Assembly (NCBI GenBank): GCA_964399605.1 | Contig: CAYNRH010000001.1 | Span: forward strand, 1-43,544 | Length of the DNA: 43,544 bases | From: an uncultured archaeon | GTDB taxonomy: Archaea; Aenigmatarchaeota; Aenigmatarchaeia; PWEA01; JAGHBM01 | Direction of reading: 5' to 3' | In this document: one piece after another, positions 43,185 through 43,544 of the stretch | How the letters are laid out: each line of letters starts with the position of its first letter | Numbering within the stretch: the stretch's first letter is position 1 | Notes under the pieces: model-generated | What the model was told of the DNA's origin: nothing | The model's database searches: none | The model's input: the letters and a program-made list of their open reading frames with translations, nothing else | Program-made: the position numbers and the translations under genes

Positions 43185-43544
43185 TTAAACAGGTGCACAA
43201 TTACTTATTCTAATATCAACCGTGTGCATGGTTCCCCTTGCAATTTCTTCTGGTGGCGTGAATTTGAATTTTATTTTACAACTTCCTCCAACAGGTATTT
43301 GAACATTTTTTGCATCTTTAAATGTCATTCCACTCATGATGTTAGTCCATTCATCTAAGTTATCACAGTTCACATTCTCAAATGAATAATCCCAGTCTTT
43401 ATAGTCAAGCTTGTTGTCAACAAAAACATTTACCGAGTAAATATCTGGATTGGTGTTTTCCAAAGTTAACTCAATTGTATTTTCCTCACCCGGTTTTGCT
43501 GTAACAAATTCTTGGGCAGAAATATCTATACTCTCACATCCTGG
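43185..43544 (-). CDS. hypothetical beta-rich (CARDB-like?) protein, N-terminus outside window
   Basis: The reading frame stays open from 43463 to the window edge (…PGCESIDISAQEFVTAKPGEENTIELTLENTNPDIYSV…). Stop at 43185. Confidence 0.45.
   Translation of the reverse strand, partial: PGCESIDISAQEFVTAKPGEENTIELTLENTNPDIYSVNVFVDNKLDYKDWDYSFENVNCDNLDEWTNIMSGMTFKDAKNVQIPVGGSCKIKFKFTPPEEIARGTMHTVDIRISNCAPV

Noticed and set aside
1-43544. A whole-window search for CRISPR arrays, rRNA, transposases, integrases, reverse transcriptase/DGR components and recognisable defence genes.
   Set aside because: None were seen. The only notable exact repeat I saw is the 22-mer at 18167 and 18296. The other repetitive DNA is K/E-tail low complexity inside coding regions.

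Overview
This is an AT-rich (about one-third G+C by eye), very compact archaeal chromosome segment with standard genetic code. Most genes are preceded by a GGTGA(T)-type Shine-Dalgarno. The archaeal assignment rests on eS1, uS15, eS24, eS31, eS6, eS28, eL24 and L7Ae, Rpo7/Spt4, aIF2-gamma, aIF5B, Kae1 and Bud32, diphthine synthase, class I LysRS, short XPF and a RecJ/GAN-like DHH protein. The small-genome style (overlapping gene ends, gene remnants, many tiny membrane proteins, bacterial-type Adk and GpmI) suggests a DPANN-like lineage. That lineage call is inference only. I found no rRNA, CRISPR array, transposase or integrase. The single RNA gene is a 230-nt tRNA-Cys(GCA) locus whose T arm closes only after a 140-nt highly structured insertion is removed; it lies just upstream of cysS. 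The main unexplained content is as follows. (1) An orphan co-directional block at 5495-9594 ends in four tandem paralogous multi-TM proteins whose ribosome-binding sites were duplicated with them. (2) An amino-sugar island at 20255-29815 holds a glmS-glmM-glmU-HAD operon bracketed by two inverted, unusually long Gfo/Idh/MocA paralogues, one heading a trio with a PIG-L/LmbE deacetylase and a NodS-like methyltransferase. (3) Long Lys/Glu-rich C-terminal tails sit on S24e, S6e, L7Ae and Rpo7. (4) A glnA remnant has lost its whole catalytic core by internal deletion, and a possible IMPase-like remnant is also present. (5) A 22-nt perfect duplication copies the rps24e translation-initiation region. 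(6) A minimal exosortase/archaeosortase-like gene overlaps a DUF460 nuclease-like gene. Coordinates I placed by hand may be off by 1 nt.
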